Notes: generated by a model not told the origin, from the sequence alone. Shown: positions 25,039-36,174, numbered from the stretch's first letter. The stretch is 64,000 nucleotides of DNA from Nitrospirota bacterium (GCA_963733375.1 CAVTDB010000013.1:32001-96000); one strand, 5' to 3'. Made by a program: numbers and translations.

Positions 25039-25635
25039 ATGGCCAATACCATAAAAGACGTTACCGGGCGCGACTCCAAGACCCGCCCCGACCCGTTCGC
25101 GATCATCGAAAAATATTACACGCCCGGCACGAAATCTTACGAATACATAATCCTGCGCGGCCGGATGGTGGCGGACAAGGCGCTTGCCATCGCAGAGAAC
25201 GTCACCTGGCTTCCGCCGGGGATGGCGTTCATCGAGGAGGCGTCCCTTCTGCACGACATCGGGATATTCATGTGCGACGCGCCTCATCTCGGCTGTACCG
25301 GAGATTACCCATACATCGCGCACGGATACCTGGGCAGGCAGATACTGGAGGACGAAGGCTGCCCACTGCACGCTCTGGTTTGCGAGCGGCACGTGGGGAT
25401 GGGCCTCACGAAGGCCGAGATAGTCGAAAAAAAGCTCCCCGTCCCGCACCGGGAGATGATGTCCATCACGCCGGAGGAGGAGATAATCTGCTTCGCGGAC
25501 AAGTTTTTCCCGGCGACGCCCGAGAGGATGCTGACCGAACAGAGTTTCGAGCAGACGCGTGCGACGATAGCGGAGCTTGGCGCGCGGCCCCTTCGCACAT
25601 TCGACAGGTGGGCGGCGAAGTTCGGGGTAAATTAG
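25039..25635 (+). CDS. HD/HDIG-domain metal-dependent phosphohydrolase
   Basis: LLHDIG, HGYLG, CERHVG, ICFADKFF. Confidence 0.85.
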   Translation: MANTIKDVTGRDSKTRPDPFAIIEKYYTPGTKSYEYIILRGRMVADKALAIAENVTWLPPGMAFIEEASLLHDIGIFMCDAPHLGCTGDYPYIAHGYLGRQILEDEGCPLHALVCERHVGMGLTKAEIVEKKLPVPHREMMSITPEEEIICFADKFFPATPERMLTEQSFEQTRATIAELGARPLRTFDRWAAKFGVN

Positions 25636-25654
25636 ATTATTTAAACGAGGCAAC

Positions 25655-26272
25655 TTGTCAAAAATATTCCCCGCCATAAAACGCATAATCGCGCCTGATT
25701 ATTCAGAGCTGTCATTATTTGTCATGGGCTATACATGCGTTTTATTTTTTGTCGCAAATATTGCCTGGTTCAAGAATCTCGGTCCTCATTTTACGGGCGG
25801 TCAAGGCGAAGGCGTAATCATTTATATTATTTTTTTGGCTGGAATTTTACTTTCCCTTTTTCATGCATTTTCCAAAAGAAAAATAACTTCCGTTGAAAAA
25901 ATCATCCTGCTTTTCTTCGCGGTCTTATTGAACGGGTTTGCCGGACTGTGGGCAGGTACATACTATTTAGAACGAATGAAAAACATTTTTTTAATTTTCC
26001 CCATATGGAATATTTTCAGCAGCTACATGCTTATCGGCTCAATCAGGGAAGGATACGGCAGAGGAATTGACGAAAATCGTATTACCGACGGGAATGTAAA
26101 AATAATAGAGGTTGCGATAAGCGCCTTAATCGCCACGTCTGTTTTCGTCATAAGCAAATATATGTTTCATAATGTTTGGGCTGTTACTTTGTCTTTATGC
26201 ATTGTATATGCGACAAATTTGAATGCGCCGGTCGTTTCCTTAATTACCAGTAATTTAAAAAATCAATGTTAG
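25655..26272 (+). CDS. hypothetical integral membrane protein (low GC)
   Basis: 205-aa ORF with several hydrophobic helices; visibly AT-richer than its flanks. Confidence 0.65.
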   Translation: MSKIFPAIKRIIAPDYSELSLFVMGYTCVLFFVANIAWFKNLGPHFTGGQGEGVIIYIIFLAGILLSLFHAFSKRKITSVEKIILLFFAVLLNGFAGLWAGTYYLERMKNIFLIFPIWNIFSSYMLIGSIREGYGRGIDENRITDGNVKIIEVAISALIATSVFVISKYMFHNVWAVTLSLCIVYATNLNAPVVSLITSNLKNQC

Positions 26273-26898
26273 CCCTGACTGGGTATATTAAGATTTTCAC
26301 CGCGCTTATCGCCATCGTGGACCCAATCGGCGCGGTGCCGATAGTCGTAAGCCTCACCGCCGGGATGAGCGAAAAGGAGCGGCGCAGTATCGCCCCCGTG
26401 ACCGGGTTTGCGGTCGGCGTTATCCTGGTAAGCTCGGCGCTCTTCGGCAAATTTATCCTGAGCTTCTTCGGCATCAGCATCGGCTCGTTCAAGGTCGGCG
26501 GCGGGATAATAATCCTTCTAATGGCGGTCGCCATGATGCAGGCGCATTTCGTCCCGGGCAGGCAGACTACGGAAGAGTACCAGGAGGCGGAGGAAAAAAA
26601 GAGCATCGCCGTGGTGCCCATCGCCATGCCGCTTCTGGCCGGCCCCGCCGCGATTTCGGCGGTAATCGTCTATTCCCAGGCCCCCTACGAGCCCCTGCAC
26701 ATAACCATCATCGCGCTGATCTGCATCCTGGTCGCGTTTTTGACATGGGCCCTGCTTCGGGCCGCAGGCACGATAAGCCGCGTGATGAGCAGGACGGCGA
26801 TCAACATCGTCACCCGCCTGATGGGGCTTCTGCTTGCGGCAATCTCCGTGGAACTGATTACCGGCGGCCTTGCCCAGATATTCCCGGCGCTGACGTAA
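26266..26898 (+). CDS. MarC family membrane protein
   Basis: IVDPIGAVP, FKVGGGII, VVPIAMPLLAGPAAIS, TRLMGLLL. Confidence 0.92.
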   Translation: MLALTGYIKIFTALIAIVDPIGAVPIVVSLTAGMSEKERRSIAPVTGFAVGVILVSSALFGKFILSFFGISIGSFKVGGGIIILLMAVAMMQAHFVPGRQTTEEYQEAEEKKSIAVVPIAMPLLAGPAAISAVIVYSQAPYEPLHITIIALICILVAFLTWALLRAAGTISRVMSRTAINIVTRLMGLLLAAISVELITGGLAQIFPALT

Positions 26899-26966
26899 GG
26901 TAAACGACTCTTCCTCTCATCATTTTCCCCCGGCGAAAATTATCACATTTGCTATACTTTAGCCTT

Positions 26967-27812
26967 ATGAAACCCCTCCTTCTCCCGGCCGTCCTGTTAA
27001 TAACCGCATCACTATGCGCCCTTTTCACCCTGCCCGCGCAGGCGCACGGGGTATTCCAGACCCAGGCGGAGCAGGACGAGGCCCTGAAATACTCCAAGGT
27101 GGACGAGAAGCTTGGGGCGGCTCTGCCGAAAGGCCTGATTTTCACCGACGAGACGGGCAGGCCTTTCAAGCTCGACGACTATCTCCGCGATAAACCCGTG
27201 CTCCTGACGCTCAACTACTACGAGTGCCCGATGCTCTGCCCGATAATATTGGGCAACCTGGCCGGTACGATGGGTAAAATGTCGGGCTTAACGCCGGGCA
27301 AGGATTTTAAACTTCTGACCGTCAGCATTAATTCCGAAGGCAGCCTTAAAAACGCTTCCGACCGGGCAAACGAGACTTACAAGATGGTCGCCAAATTCGG
27401 CGACGCCCGTCCCTGGTGGCCCTTCCTTCTGGGAACGGAGCCGACCATCCGGGCGTTGACGGACGCCGTCGGCTTTCACTACAAAAAGCTCGGGAAGGAT
27501 AACTTCGCCCATCCCTCGGTCCTTGTCGTGCTCTCCCCTGGCGGCAAGGTCTCCCGTTACCTGTACGGGATAGAGCAGGAGCCCCGGGACCTCCGGCTCG
27601 CGCTTACGGAGGCGGCGAAGGGGAAAATCGGGGCGTCCGCCACTTTGAACAGGCTGTTTCTGTTCTGCTACCACTACGACCCCGTGGGAAAGAAATACCA
27701 GCTTCTGGCGCTGAATGTGGCAAAGGTCATCGGCGGGTTTGTCGTGGTCAGCCTGGGGATCCTTTTCGGGTTCCTATGGCTTGCGGAACGCCGGAGAAAG
27801 ACCGATGCCTGA
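26967..27812 (+). CDS. SCO family copper chaperone
   Basis: YYECPMLC, FAHPS, SRYLYGI, LFCYHYDP; first gene of the oxidase operon. Confidence 0.9.
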   Translation: MKPLLLPAVLLITASLCALFTLPAQAHGVFQTQAEQDEALKYSKVDEKLGAALPKGLIFTDETGRPFKLDDYLRDKPVLLTLNYYECPMLCPIILGNLAGTMGKMSGLTPGKDFKLLTVSINSEGSLKNASDRANETYKMVAKFGDARPWWPFLLGTEPTIRALTDAVGFHYKKLGKDNFAHPSVLVVLSPGGKVSRYLYGIEQEPRDLRLALTEAAKGKIGASATLNRLFLFCYHYDPVGKKYQLLALNVAKVIGGFVVVSLGILFGFLWLAERRRKTDA

Positions 27813-29106
27813 AGTCCCGTTTCCTTACGGCGCCCCGTCGCACGTCGCCGCGGAAGTCGATTCCGTATTCATATTCATACTGGTCATCACGGCGTTCTTT
27901 TTCATCACGACTCAGGGCGCGCTGATATATTTCGCGCTCAAGTACCGGCACAGGAAGGGCCAGCCGGACGTAGCGACCTCCGTCCACCATATCGAACCGG
28001 ATACTCGAAGGCATATGGATAGGCGTCCCGAGCCTCGCCGTGGCCGCGATATTCTTCTACGGCTATACTGTGTGGGAGGACATCCGCACGGTGCCCCAGG
28101 GCGCCGAGGAGATAGCCGTCACGGCCCGGCAGTGGCTCTACCAGTTCGAGTACCCGGACGGGCGCAAGACCATTAACGAGGTTCGGGTGCCGGTGGGCGA
28201 GGCGGTGAAATTCAACCTGACGTCGGCGGACGTCATCCACGGTTTTTATCTTCCCGCCTTCCGCATAAAGCAGGACGCGGTGCCGGGCAGATATACTTAC
28301 GTATGGCTCAAGGCGGAGAAGGCGGGTGATTACGACATATACTGCACGCAGTACTGCGGCGTGGGCCACTCCCAGATGCGGGCGATCCTGAAGGTCATGC
28401 CGAAGGCCCAGTACCAGCAGTGGTACCAGCAGGAGATTGCCGCGGCAGAGAAGGTCCTGCCCGCTCGCGGATAAGGGAAAAGCGGTGGTGATGAAACTCG
28501 GATGCCTCGCCTGCCACTCAACCGACGGCAGCGTAAAGATCGGCCCTACCTGGAAAGACCTTTACGGGAGCAAGGTCACATTATCCGACGGCAGTACCGT
28601 AACCGCCGACGACAACTATATCAGGGAATCGATACTCGTTCCCGGAGCGAAGATAGTGAAAGGCTTCCCGAACGTGATGCCGACGTTCAAGGGCATCATA
28701 AAGGACGACGAGATAACCGCCGTGATAGCGTACCTGAAAACTCTTTCGACGACTGGGCCGGACACAGGAGAAGGCCGGAGAGAAGACAGCCGCCCCGGCG
28801 GCCCCGGCCCCGCGTCCTTCCGCGAAGACGGGCAAGGAGCTGGTGGAGAAAAACGGCTGTCTCGCGTGCCACACGACGGACGGGAGCGCCAAGGTCGGCC
28901 CGACTTGGAAAGGTCTTTACGGAAGCAAGGTCCCGCTGGCTGACGGCAAGGCGGTGACGGCCGACGACGCATATATCCGGGAGTCATATATTTGAGCCGG
29001 GCGAAGGTCGGTCAAGGGCTATCAGGCCATAATGCCGTCGTTCAAGGGGACGCTAACTGAGGACGACGTGAAGTCGATTACGGAATATATAAAGACATTG
29101 AAGTAA
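27805..29106 (+). CDS. coxB: cytochrome c oxidase subunit II with two C-terminal cytochrome c domains, frameshifted
   Basis: QWLYQFEY, DVIHGF, CuA motif CTQYCGVGHSQM, then two CLACH(S/T)TDGS..GPTWK.LYG..MP.FKG repeats. Confidence 0.9.
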
Positions 29107-29127
29107 CGAACCCCCTCTGTCCCGCTC

Positions 29128-29170
29128 GTAGGGCGTGACCCCTCGGCACGCCAGGGGTGTCGTGCCCTAC
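29128..29170. repeat. GTAG-family REP-like palindrome between coxB and coxA
   Basis: GTAGGGCGTGACCCCT...AGGGGTGTCGTGCCCTAC imperfect inverted repeat with GTAG/CTAC ends. Confidence 0.6.
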
Positions 29171-29205
29171 AATAAGGGCTTGGGGAGTTATGATTAGGAA
29201 AATCA

Positions 29206-30831
29206 ATGGACTGAGACTCTTTCGCATACGAAAAAAATTATTTAAACGAGACACGCGGCCTTTCCTCGTGGATATTCACGCTCGACCACAAGAGGATAGG
29301 CATTATGTACCTGTGCCTCATCATGTTCTTCTTTCTGGTCGGCGGGGTATTCGGCCTGCTGGTGCGCCTGGAGCTTCTGAAGCCGAACAACTGGCTGATG
29401 TCCAACCAGACATACAACGAAGTGTTCACCCTGCACGGCGCGATAATGATATTCCTGTTCGTGATCCCCGTCATACCTTCCGGGCTGGGGAATTTTTTCA
29501 TCCCGCTGATGATAGGCGCGCGTGACGTTGCGTTCCCGAAGCTCAATAACTTGAGCCTCTGGCTTTTCGGCGCGGGCGTCCTTGTCGTAATCGCCTCGCT
29601 TTCGCATCCGATAGACACCGGCTGGACGTTCTACACGCCCTACTCCGCTAAGACCGCCGCCGCCGTGACCGTGCTGGTCGGCGGCCTGTTCCTTATCGGG
29701 ATGTCCACCATACTCACCGGGCTCAATTTCATCGTCACGATACACAGGCTCCGCGCGCCGGGGATGACGTGGTTTCGGCTGCCGCTTTTCATCTGGGGCA
29801 TGTACGCGACCAGCATCATAAACGTCGTCGCCACCCCGGTTATCGGCATGACCTTCCTGATGCTCCTTGCCGAGAGGGTGTTCGGCGTCGGGTTCTTCGA
29901 CCCCGCGAAGGGCGGGGACCCGATCCTGTTCCAGCATTTCTTCTGGTTCTATTCGCACCCGGTGGTCTATGTGATGATACTTCCGGCGATGGGCATCATA
30001 AGCGAGGTGATACCGGTATTTGCCAGGAAGCCCATCTTCGGGTACAGGGCGATCGCGTATTCCTCGCTTGCCATCGCGTTCGCCGGGTTTCTGGTCTGGG
30101 GCCACCACATGTTCGTCGCCGGGATGTCCAACGCCGCGGACATCTTCTTCTCCTTCTTCACGTTTTTCGTCGCCGTGCCGACGGGCGTCAAGGTCTTCAA
30201 CTGGATAGTCACGCTCTACAAGGGCTCGATACACCTGGACTCGCCCATGTTATACGCGCTCACTTTCATATTCTCGTTCATCATCGGGGGGCTTACCGGG
30301 CTGTTTTTGGGTGCGCTGGCGACGAACGTCCACCTGCATGACACCTATTTCGTGGTCGCGCACTTCCATTACACGATGATGGGCGGGACGGTGATGGGGC
30401 TCTTCGCCGGACTGCACTACTGGTACCCGAAGATGACCGGCAGGATGCTGAACGAGAAGACCGCGAAGGCCGCGTGGGCGTTTGTTTTCGTCGGCTTCTT
30501 CGTGACCTTTTTCAACATGTTCATACTGGGTTTCCGGGGCATGCCGCGCCGCTGGGCGACCTATCCGCCGCAGTACCAGTTCCAGCACATCATATCCACG
30601 GTAGGCTCCTGGATACTTGCGGTCGGCATCATAATAATGTTCTATAACTTCATACGGTGCCTGAAGAAGGGCGAGAAGGCGCCGCCCAACCCCTGGAACG
30701 CCCTGACGTTAGAGTGGCAGGTGCCGTCGCCGCCGCCGACGGAGAACTTCGAGACGATACCGGTGATAACGGACTGGCCTTACGGATACCCGAAAAGGGA
30801 AGCCGGCAAGGGGACTGAATGGACGATCTGA
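29206..30831 (+). CDS. coxA: cytochrome c oxidase subunit I, A2-type
   Basis: [50 protein letters not shown]. Confidence 0.96.
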
Positions 30832-31416
30832 AAAAAGAAGGCGTCAAGAGACAACCCGGTTTTCGTGCTGGAAACGTCCAAGCTCGGCATCTGGACGTTC
30901 CTCGCCACGGAGGTCCTGCTCTTCGGCGCGCTCTTCACGTCTACACGATGTTTCGGATCAAGTACCCGGACATGTTCTACGTCCAGCACTTAAGGCTTAA
31001 CCGCGTCATGGGGTTCGTCAATACGATAATCCTGATATGCAGCAGCTTAAGCGTCGCCATCGGCATCGCCGCTATAAGGAGAGGGAAGCAGAAGGTATTG
31101 AAAAACGCCCTTATCGTCACCCTTATCCTTGCCGGGGCGTTCCTGGTGGTAAAGGGTTTCGAGTACCGCGAGCATTTCCTGCGCGGGGAGCTGCCTGGCA
31201 CCAACATATTTTTTTCGCTATATTTTATCATGACGGCCATCCACGCCCTTCACGTCATAGCCGGGATGGGCGCGCTTAGTTACTGCCTCATCCGTACATC
31301 CAGGGGGCGATTTCTCGGCGGAGTACGCGGTCCCGGTGGAAATCTCGGGCATTTACTGGCATTTCGTGGACCTTGTCTGGATTTACCTTTTCCCGATGCT
31401 GTACCTGATGGGTTGA
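30819..31416 (+). CDS. coxC: cytochrome c oxidase subunit III (short), frameshifted
   Basis: [55 protein letters not shown]. Confidence 0.88.
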
Positions 31417-31421
31417 AATTT

Positions 31422-31685
31422 ATGGCCGCATACAGAACATATATCCTTGTCTGGGTGACGCTGCTTTGCCTCACGGTACTCACGTGGGCGGTCTCGTACG
31501 TCCATTTAGGGATCTTCAACGCGGTGGTGGCCTTGACGATAGCCTCGGTGAAGGCGTCGCTGGTCGCGCTTTTCTTCATGCACTTAAAGTCCGAGAAAGA
31601 GCTGGTCTGGGCTTTCGCGCTGTTCCCGCTCGGTTTCCTGGGGCTTTTGATTATCGGTACTTTCGTGGATTCGATGTTTAGATAA
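31422..31685 (+). CDS. cytochrome c oxidase subunit IV family protein
   Basis: YILVWVTLLCLT, IASVKASLVALFFMHLK. Confidence 0.88.
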   Translation: MAAYRTYILVWVTLLCLTVLTWAVSYVHLGIFNAVVALTIASVKASLVALFFMHLKSEKELVWAFALFPLGFLGLLIIGTFVDSMFR

Positions 31686-31794
31686 AACCGTTACTTTTCT
31701 TTCGGGAAAGAAAAGTAACCAAAAGAAAGCCGGACAGTTTAAAGCCCAAAAGTTTTTGGCGCTACCTTTTTCCAAAAAGGTAGCAAAGGTTTAA
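31683..31794. repeat. A/T-rich triplex-type doublet (locus 7)
   Basis: TAAAACCGTTAC-TTTTCTTTC-GG-GAAAGAAAA-GTAACC-AAAAGAAAG ... GTTTTTGG-CGCTAC-CTTTTT-CC-AAAAAG-GTAGC. Confidence 0.92.
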
Positions 31795-31806
31795 AGGGAG
31801 GAAACT

Positions 31807-32675
31807 ATGCTAGGGAAAGTTACGCTCGGCGCTTTTTTCCTGCTCCTGGTCTGGGGCAACCTCGTCGCCGGTATGAAGGCGGGGCTCGGTTGTCCGGACT
31901 GGCCGCTCTGCCACGGGCGGGTGGTGCCGCCGTTTCGGTGGGACATATACATGGAGTTCGGCCACCGGATAATCGCCGCCGTCTCCACGGCGTGTCTCGC
32001 CTGGCTCGCCGCAAGGCGGCTTAAGGATTACCGCGGGCTGGCAAAGGCCGTCCCCGCCGCGGCGATAGGGCTTATAGCCTTCGAGATATTGCTTGGCGGG
32101 TTCGTCGTGATGTTCGGCCTGCCCGTGCAACTCACGACGGTCCATTTCATGGTCGGGCTCGGCATGTTCACCCTGGTCTTCTATATGGCGGTATTCGACG
32201 GGCATAAAAGGAAACCGGCCTTCTCGGCGGGCGGCATCGCGGGGCTCCTTCTGGGGCTGGGCGCGCTCGTGTACTTCCAGGCGGCGCTGGGCGCGTATGT
32301 GCGGCATTCCGGCTCCGGGCTCGCCTGTCCGGACTTCCCATCCTGCCTGGGAAAGATACTGCCCCCGCTTTCCGACCCTAAGGTGCTCGCGCAATACTCG
32401 CACAGGCTGGCGGCATTCCTGATTTTAGCCACAGCCCTGGTATTTTACGCATATGCCCTTGTCGATATCTCGGCTTCAAAGTTTAAAGTCTGGTCTCTTG
32501 CGATACTGGGCCTGGTGGGGCCCAGATAATAGCCGGCGCGGTGGTCGTGATGTCCGGGCTGTATTTCGCGGCGACCGCCATCCACTTGGCGATCGCGCTG
32601 GGGCTTTTGATGGTGATAGGCCGTCTCTGGGCGGACGAGGCCATAAAAGCTGACGAGAAGGAGTTTCTGCCATGA
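31807..32675 (+). CDS. ctaA: haem A synthase (CtaA/COX15)
   Basis: AGLGCPDWPLCHG, MEFGHR, VRHSGSGLACPDFPSC, YSHR; frameshift near 32520. Confidence 0.88.
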
Positions 32676-33592
32676 ACCGCATGCATAAAGAAAACGGAGA
32701 CCGCAAAATTCCCGCCGGAAGGAGTATCTGCCATAGCCTGGAGTGGAACAATCCTGAAACCCGGCATCGCCCCGGCCGCGGCTTTAGCCTCGCTTGCGGG
32801 CATGTCGCTTGCCGCCAGGGGCCTGCCGTACACGCAGGCGTCGATAACGACCCTTTTCTGCGTCGTGTCGGCGGTATGCGGCTCAGGGCTTTTAAACGTC
32901 CTGCTGGAGGAGAAGACGGACGCCCTGATGCCCAGGTGCGCCGCCCGGGGCCGGGCCCTGGACAGAGATCGGCAGAAAAAACGCGGCGATATTGGCCGCA
33001 GTTCTCATCAGCGCTTCCCTGGCCGTATCGTGGCTGGCCGTAAACAGGACCGTCTCCTTGATAATCGCCGCCGCGGTATTTTTGTATGCGGTCTTCTATA
33101 CCCTCTATTTAAAAAAGAATTCCCCGTTCGGGACAGTGCTTGGGGCCATCCCCGGTGCGCTCCCGGTGCTGGCGGGATACGCGTCGGTGGACGCAAAATC
33201 GGCCCGGCGGGCTGGATATTGTTCCTCGTTATGTTAGTCTGGCAGCCGCCGCACTTCCTTGCGCTCTCACTGAAATACCGGGATGAGTATGAGGCCGCCG
33301 GTTTTCCGGCGATGCCCGTGCGCCTGGGGGAGCGCTACGCCAAGGCGTCGTTATTCATGTACGCCACCGCGCTCCTGCCTTTGACGCTCTCTTTGGCGTG
33401 GTTCGGCTACTGCACGGTCTGGTTCGGCCTGGCGGCATTTGTCGCGGGGATTTTATTCCTTTTCCTCATATGGTCGTCCGTGATGAAAAAGCGGGAATTC
33501 GGAAGGGCTTTTTAATTTCCATCATGTATATCGCGGTGGTCCTGCTGGCCCTGGTCATAGACCAGAAATTCGGCCTTGAACGCCGCATTTGA
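32672..33592 (+). CDS. cyoE: protohaem IX farnesyltransferase (haem O synthase), frameshifted
   Basis: EEKTDALM, YTLYLKK, GAIPGALP, WQPPHFLAL, YRDEYEAAG. Confidence 0.85.
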
Positions 33593-33618
33593 CAGGGAAA
33601 CGCCTTTTCTGCTAAACT
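33589..33618 (+). promoter_or_regulatory. putative sigma70 promoter for the glycosyltransferase pair
   Basis: TTGACA 33589-33594, 18-nt spacer, TGn-TAAACT 33613-33618. Confidence 0.55.
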
Positions 33619-33907
33619 AAAATGAGAAAAATACAATTCTTTACCAAAGAAGACTTTAGAGTAATATCCAATTAAGAACCTTCCACCAGTAGTCCGATGA
33701 AGTCCATAAAGAAATCGGGTCTTAAAAACCTGCTTAAACGCTAATTACAATTGATATGTCTTGCAGCGCGCCCCTGTGGAGCGGCTCCACAAGGGCGTCT
33801 GGGAAGCCGGGGACGGACAAACCATACAGAGACTTGTGCCGACACCCGAAGGTAAAATGCCCTTCCCGGCTTCCATGCCTGTGTCATCCGCGAACGGGGT
33901 CGAAACC

Positions 33908-35059
33908 ATGCGCGTAGTAATGTTCTATCACTCGATCGTCTCGGACTGGAACCACACGAACGCGCATTTCCTCCGGGGAGTGGTGACGGAGATGACGGCG
34001 CGCGGGCACGACGTGACGGTCTTCGAACCGAAGGACGGCTGGAGCAGACAGAGCCTTATGACGGAGCATGGCCGCGAGGCGCTTCGGAAGTTCCGGCGTG
34101 CGTACCCTCATATCAGTTACAGCTATTACAACACGGATAATATCAACCTCGACCTGGCGCTGGACGGCGCGGAACTGGTGATGGTCCACGAGTGGAACGA
34201 AAGGGCGCTGGTGTCGAAAATCGGGGAGCACCGGAAAAAGAGGGGGCGATATAAGCTCCTTTTCCACGACGCGCACCGCCGCGCCCTGGCCTCCACGGAT
34301 TCCATGTCCGGATATGACCTCTCCGGCTACGACGGCGTCCTTGCATATGGCGCGGCAATCCGCGATATCTATCTCTCGCGCGGCTGGGCCAGGGATGCAT
34401 GGGTGTGGCACGAAGCCGCGGACGTGCGGGTTTTCAGGCCGTTAAACGACAAGGAGCCCTGGGGAGACGTGGTCTTTATAGGAAACTGGGGCGAGGAGGG
34501 GCGGCTGGCCGGGATAATGGAGTTCCTGGTCGAGCCGGTGAAGGCGCTGGGCCTTAAGGCGCGGGTCTATGGGGCTGGCTACCCGGAAGAGGCGCAGAGG
34601 GAGTTTAAAAAGGCCGGGATAGAATATGGCGGCTGGCTTCCGAACTTCGAGGTGCCGCAGGTACTCTCACGCTATAAATTAACGGTACACATCCCCGAAA
34701 GGCCATACTCCGAGGCCCTGGCCGGAATACCCGCGATAGAACATTTTGAGGCCCTGGCCTGCGGCATCCCCCTATCTCGGCCCCCTGGAACGATGACGAA
34801 GGGCTTTTTGCCGAGGGGCGGGATTATCTTTGCGCAAAAGACGGCAAGGAGATGGCGGGGCTGATGGCGGAGCTGACAGCCGACGCGCAGTCTCAGGGAG
34901 AGGCTTTCAGAGCATGGGCTGATGACCGTCCTGACGTGGCATACGTGCGGACACAGGGTAAACGAGCTGATGGATGTGCTGATTAAGGTCTCAGGGGCAT
35001 GCAAGGTATCGAGGGGGAAAAAGGTCTCGAGAGAAAAAAAGCTGGCGGGCGCGCGGTAA
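33908..35059 (+). CDS. CgeB-like GT-B glycosyltransferase, frameshift near 34780
   Basis: FYHSIVSDWNHTNAHFLRG, VHEWNE, WHEAAD, IGNWG, FEALACGIP. Confidence 0.8.
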
Positions 35060-35088
35060 GCCGGCCGGGAAATACGACGGGGGGGGAA

Positions 35089-36174
35089 ATGCGCATCGTA
35101 ATACTCGGTCTTTCCATAACTTCTTCCTGGGGCAACGGCCATGCCAACACCTATCGGGGCCTGGTGCGGGAGCTTTCCGCCTTTGGCCATGACGTCCTCT
35201 TCCTTGAGCGGGACATGCCGTGGTTCGCCCAGAACCGCGACCTCCCGGAGCCGCCGTACTGCCGGACCTATCTCTATAACGGCATACCCGAACTGAAGAA
35301 AAAGTTTACTGAGGATATAAGGGACGCGGACTGCGTCATCGTCGGCTCATGCGTGCCGGAAGGCGAGAAGGTGGGCGACCTCGTGACATCCAGGGCGCAG
35401 GGAGTGACGGCATTTTACGATATGGACGCCCCCGTCACACTCTCGTATCTGCAAAAAAATAAATGCAGCTACTTAACCCGCAAACAGGTAAGGAGTTACT
35501 GCCTCTACCTCTCCTCTACCTCCGGCCCGACCCTTGAAAGGATAGAGCGGGAGTTCGGCTCGCCTATGGCGCGCCCCCTTTTACTGTCTTCGGACCCGGA
35601 TAACTACTACCCGGAATGCGGCCAGCCCACATGGGACCTGGGGTATCTGGGGACGTACAGCCATGACCGCCAGACAGACCTTGAAGAACTGATGCTGAAG
35701 GCCGCCGGCACGCTCAAAACGAGGTCTTTCGTGGTGGCGGGGCCACGGTACCCGGAAGAGATAATCTGGCCGTTCAACGTGCAGAGGATAGAGCACCTGC
35801 CGCCGGATATGCACAGGAAGTTCTACAACCAGCAGAGGTTCACCCTTAACGTCACCCGCTCCGACATGAAAAAGGCGGGCTACTCCCCGTCCGCGCGCCT
35901 TTTCGAGGCGGCGGCCTGCGGCACGCCGATTATAAGCGACCTGTGGGAAGGCTTAAGCGATATCTTTGAGCCTGGAAGAGAGGTGCTTGTCTCGCGCTCG
36001 GCGGAGGAGACGATGGACTACCTGCTTTACCTGCCCGAGAGTGAAAGGGTAACGATGGGGATCCGGGCCAGGGAGCGTGTTTTAAGCTCTCATACCGCCG
36101 TACACAGGGCGGCCGAGCTTGAAAAATATATCAAACAGGCGGCATATGCGGGAGAATATCAAAAGGCGGGATAA
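35089..36174 (+). CDS. CgeB-like GT-B glycosyltransferase
   Basis: LGLSITSSWGNGHA, LGYLGTYS, RFTLNVTR, SPSARLFEAAACG. Confidence 0.85.
   Translation: MRIVILGLSITSSWGNGHANTYRGLVRELSAFGHDVLFLERDMPWFAQNRDLPEPPYCRTYLYNGIPELKKKFTEDIRDADCVIVGSCVPEGEKVGDLVTSRAQGVTAFYDMDAPVTLSYLQKNKCSYLTRKQVRSYCLYLSSTSGPTLERIEREFGSPMARPLLLSSDPDNYYPECGQPTWDLGYLGTYSHDRQTDLEELMLKAAGTLKTRSFVVAGPRYPEEIIWPFNVQRIEHLPPDMHRKFYNQQRFTLNVTRSDMKKAGYSPSARLFEAAACGTPIISDLWEGLSDIFEPGREVLVSRSAEETMDYLLYLPESERVTMGIRARERVLSSHTAVHRAAELEKYIKQAAYAGEYQKAG

Noticed and set aside
26931-26948. Possible Rex/Crp-type operator (GGCGAAAATTATCACA) upstream of sco
   Set aside because: Only one half-site is good; too weak to call without comparative data.
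28480-29106. Internal duplication in coxB as a template/variable repeat pair or misassembly
   Set aside because: The copies differ by synonymous and conservative changes and both keep CxxCH and the Met ligand, consistent with a real tandem cytochrome c domain.
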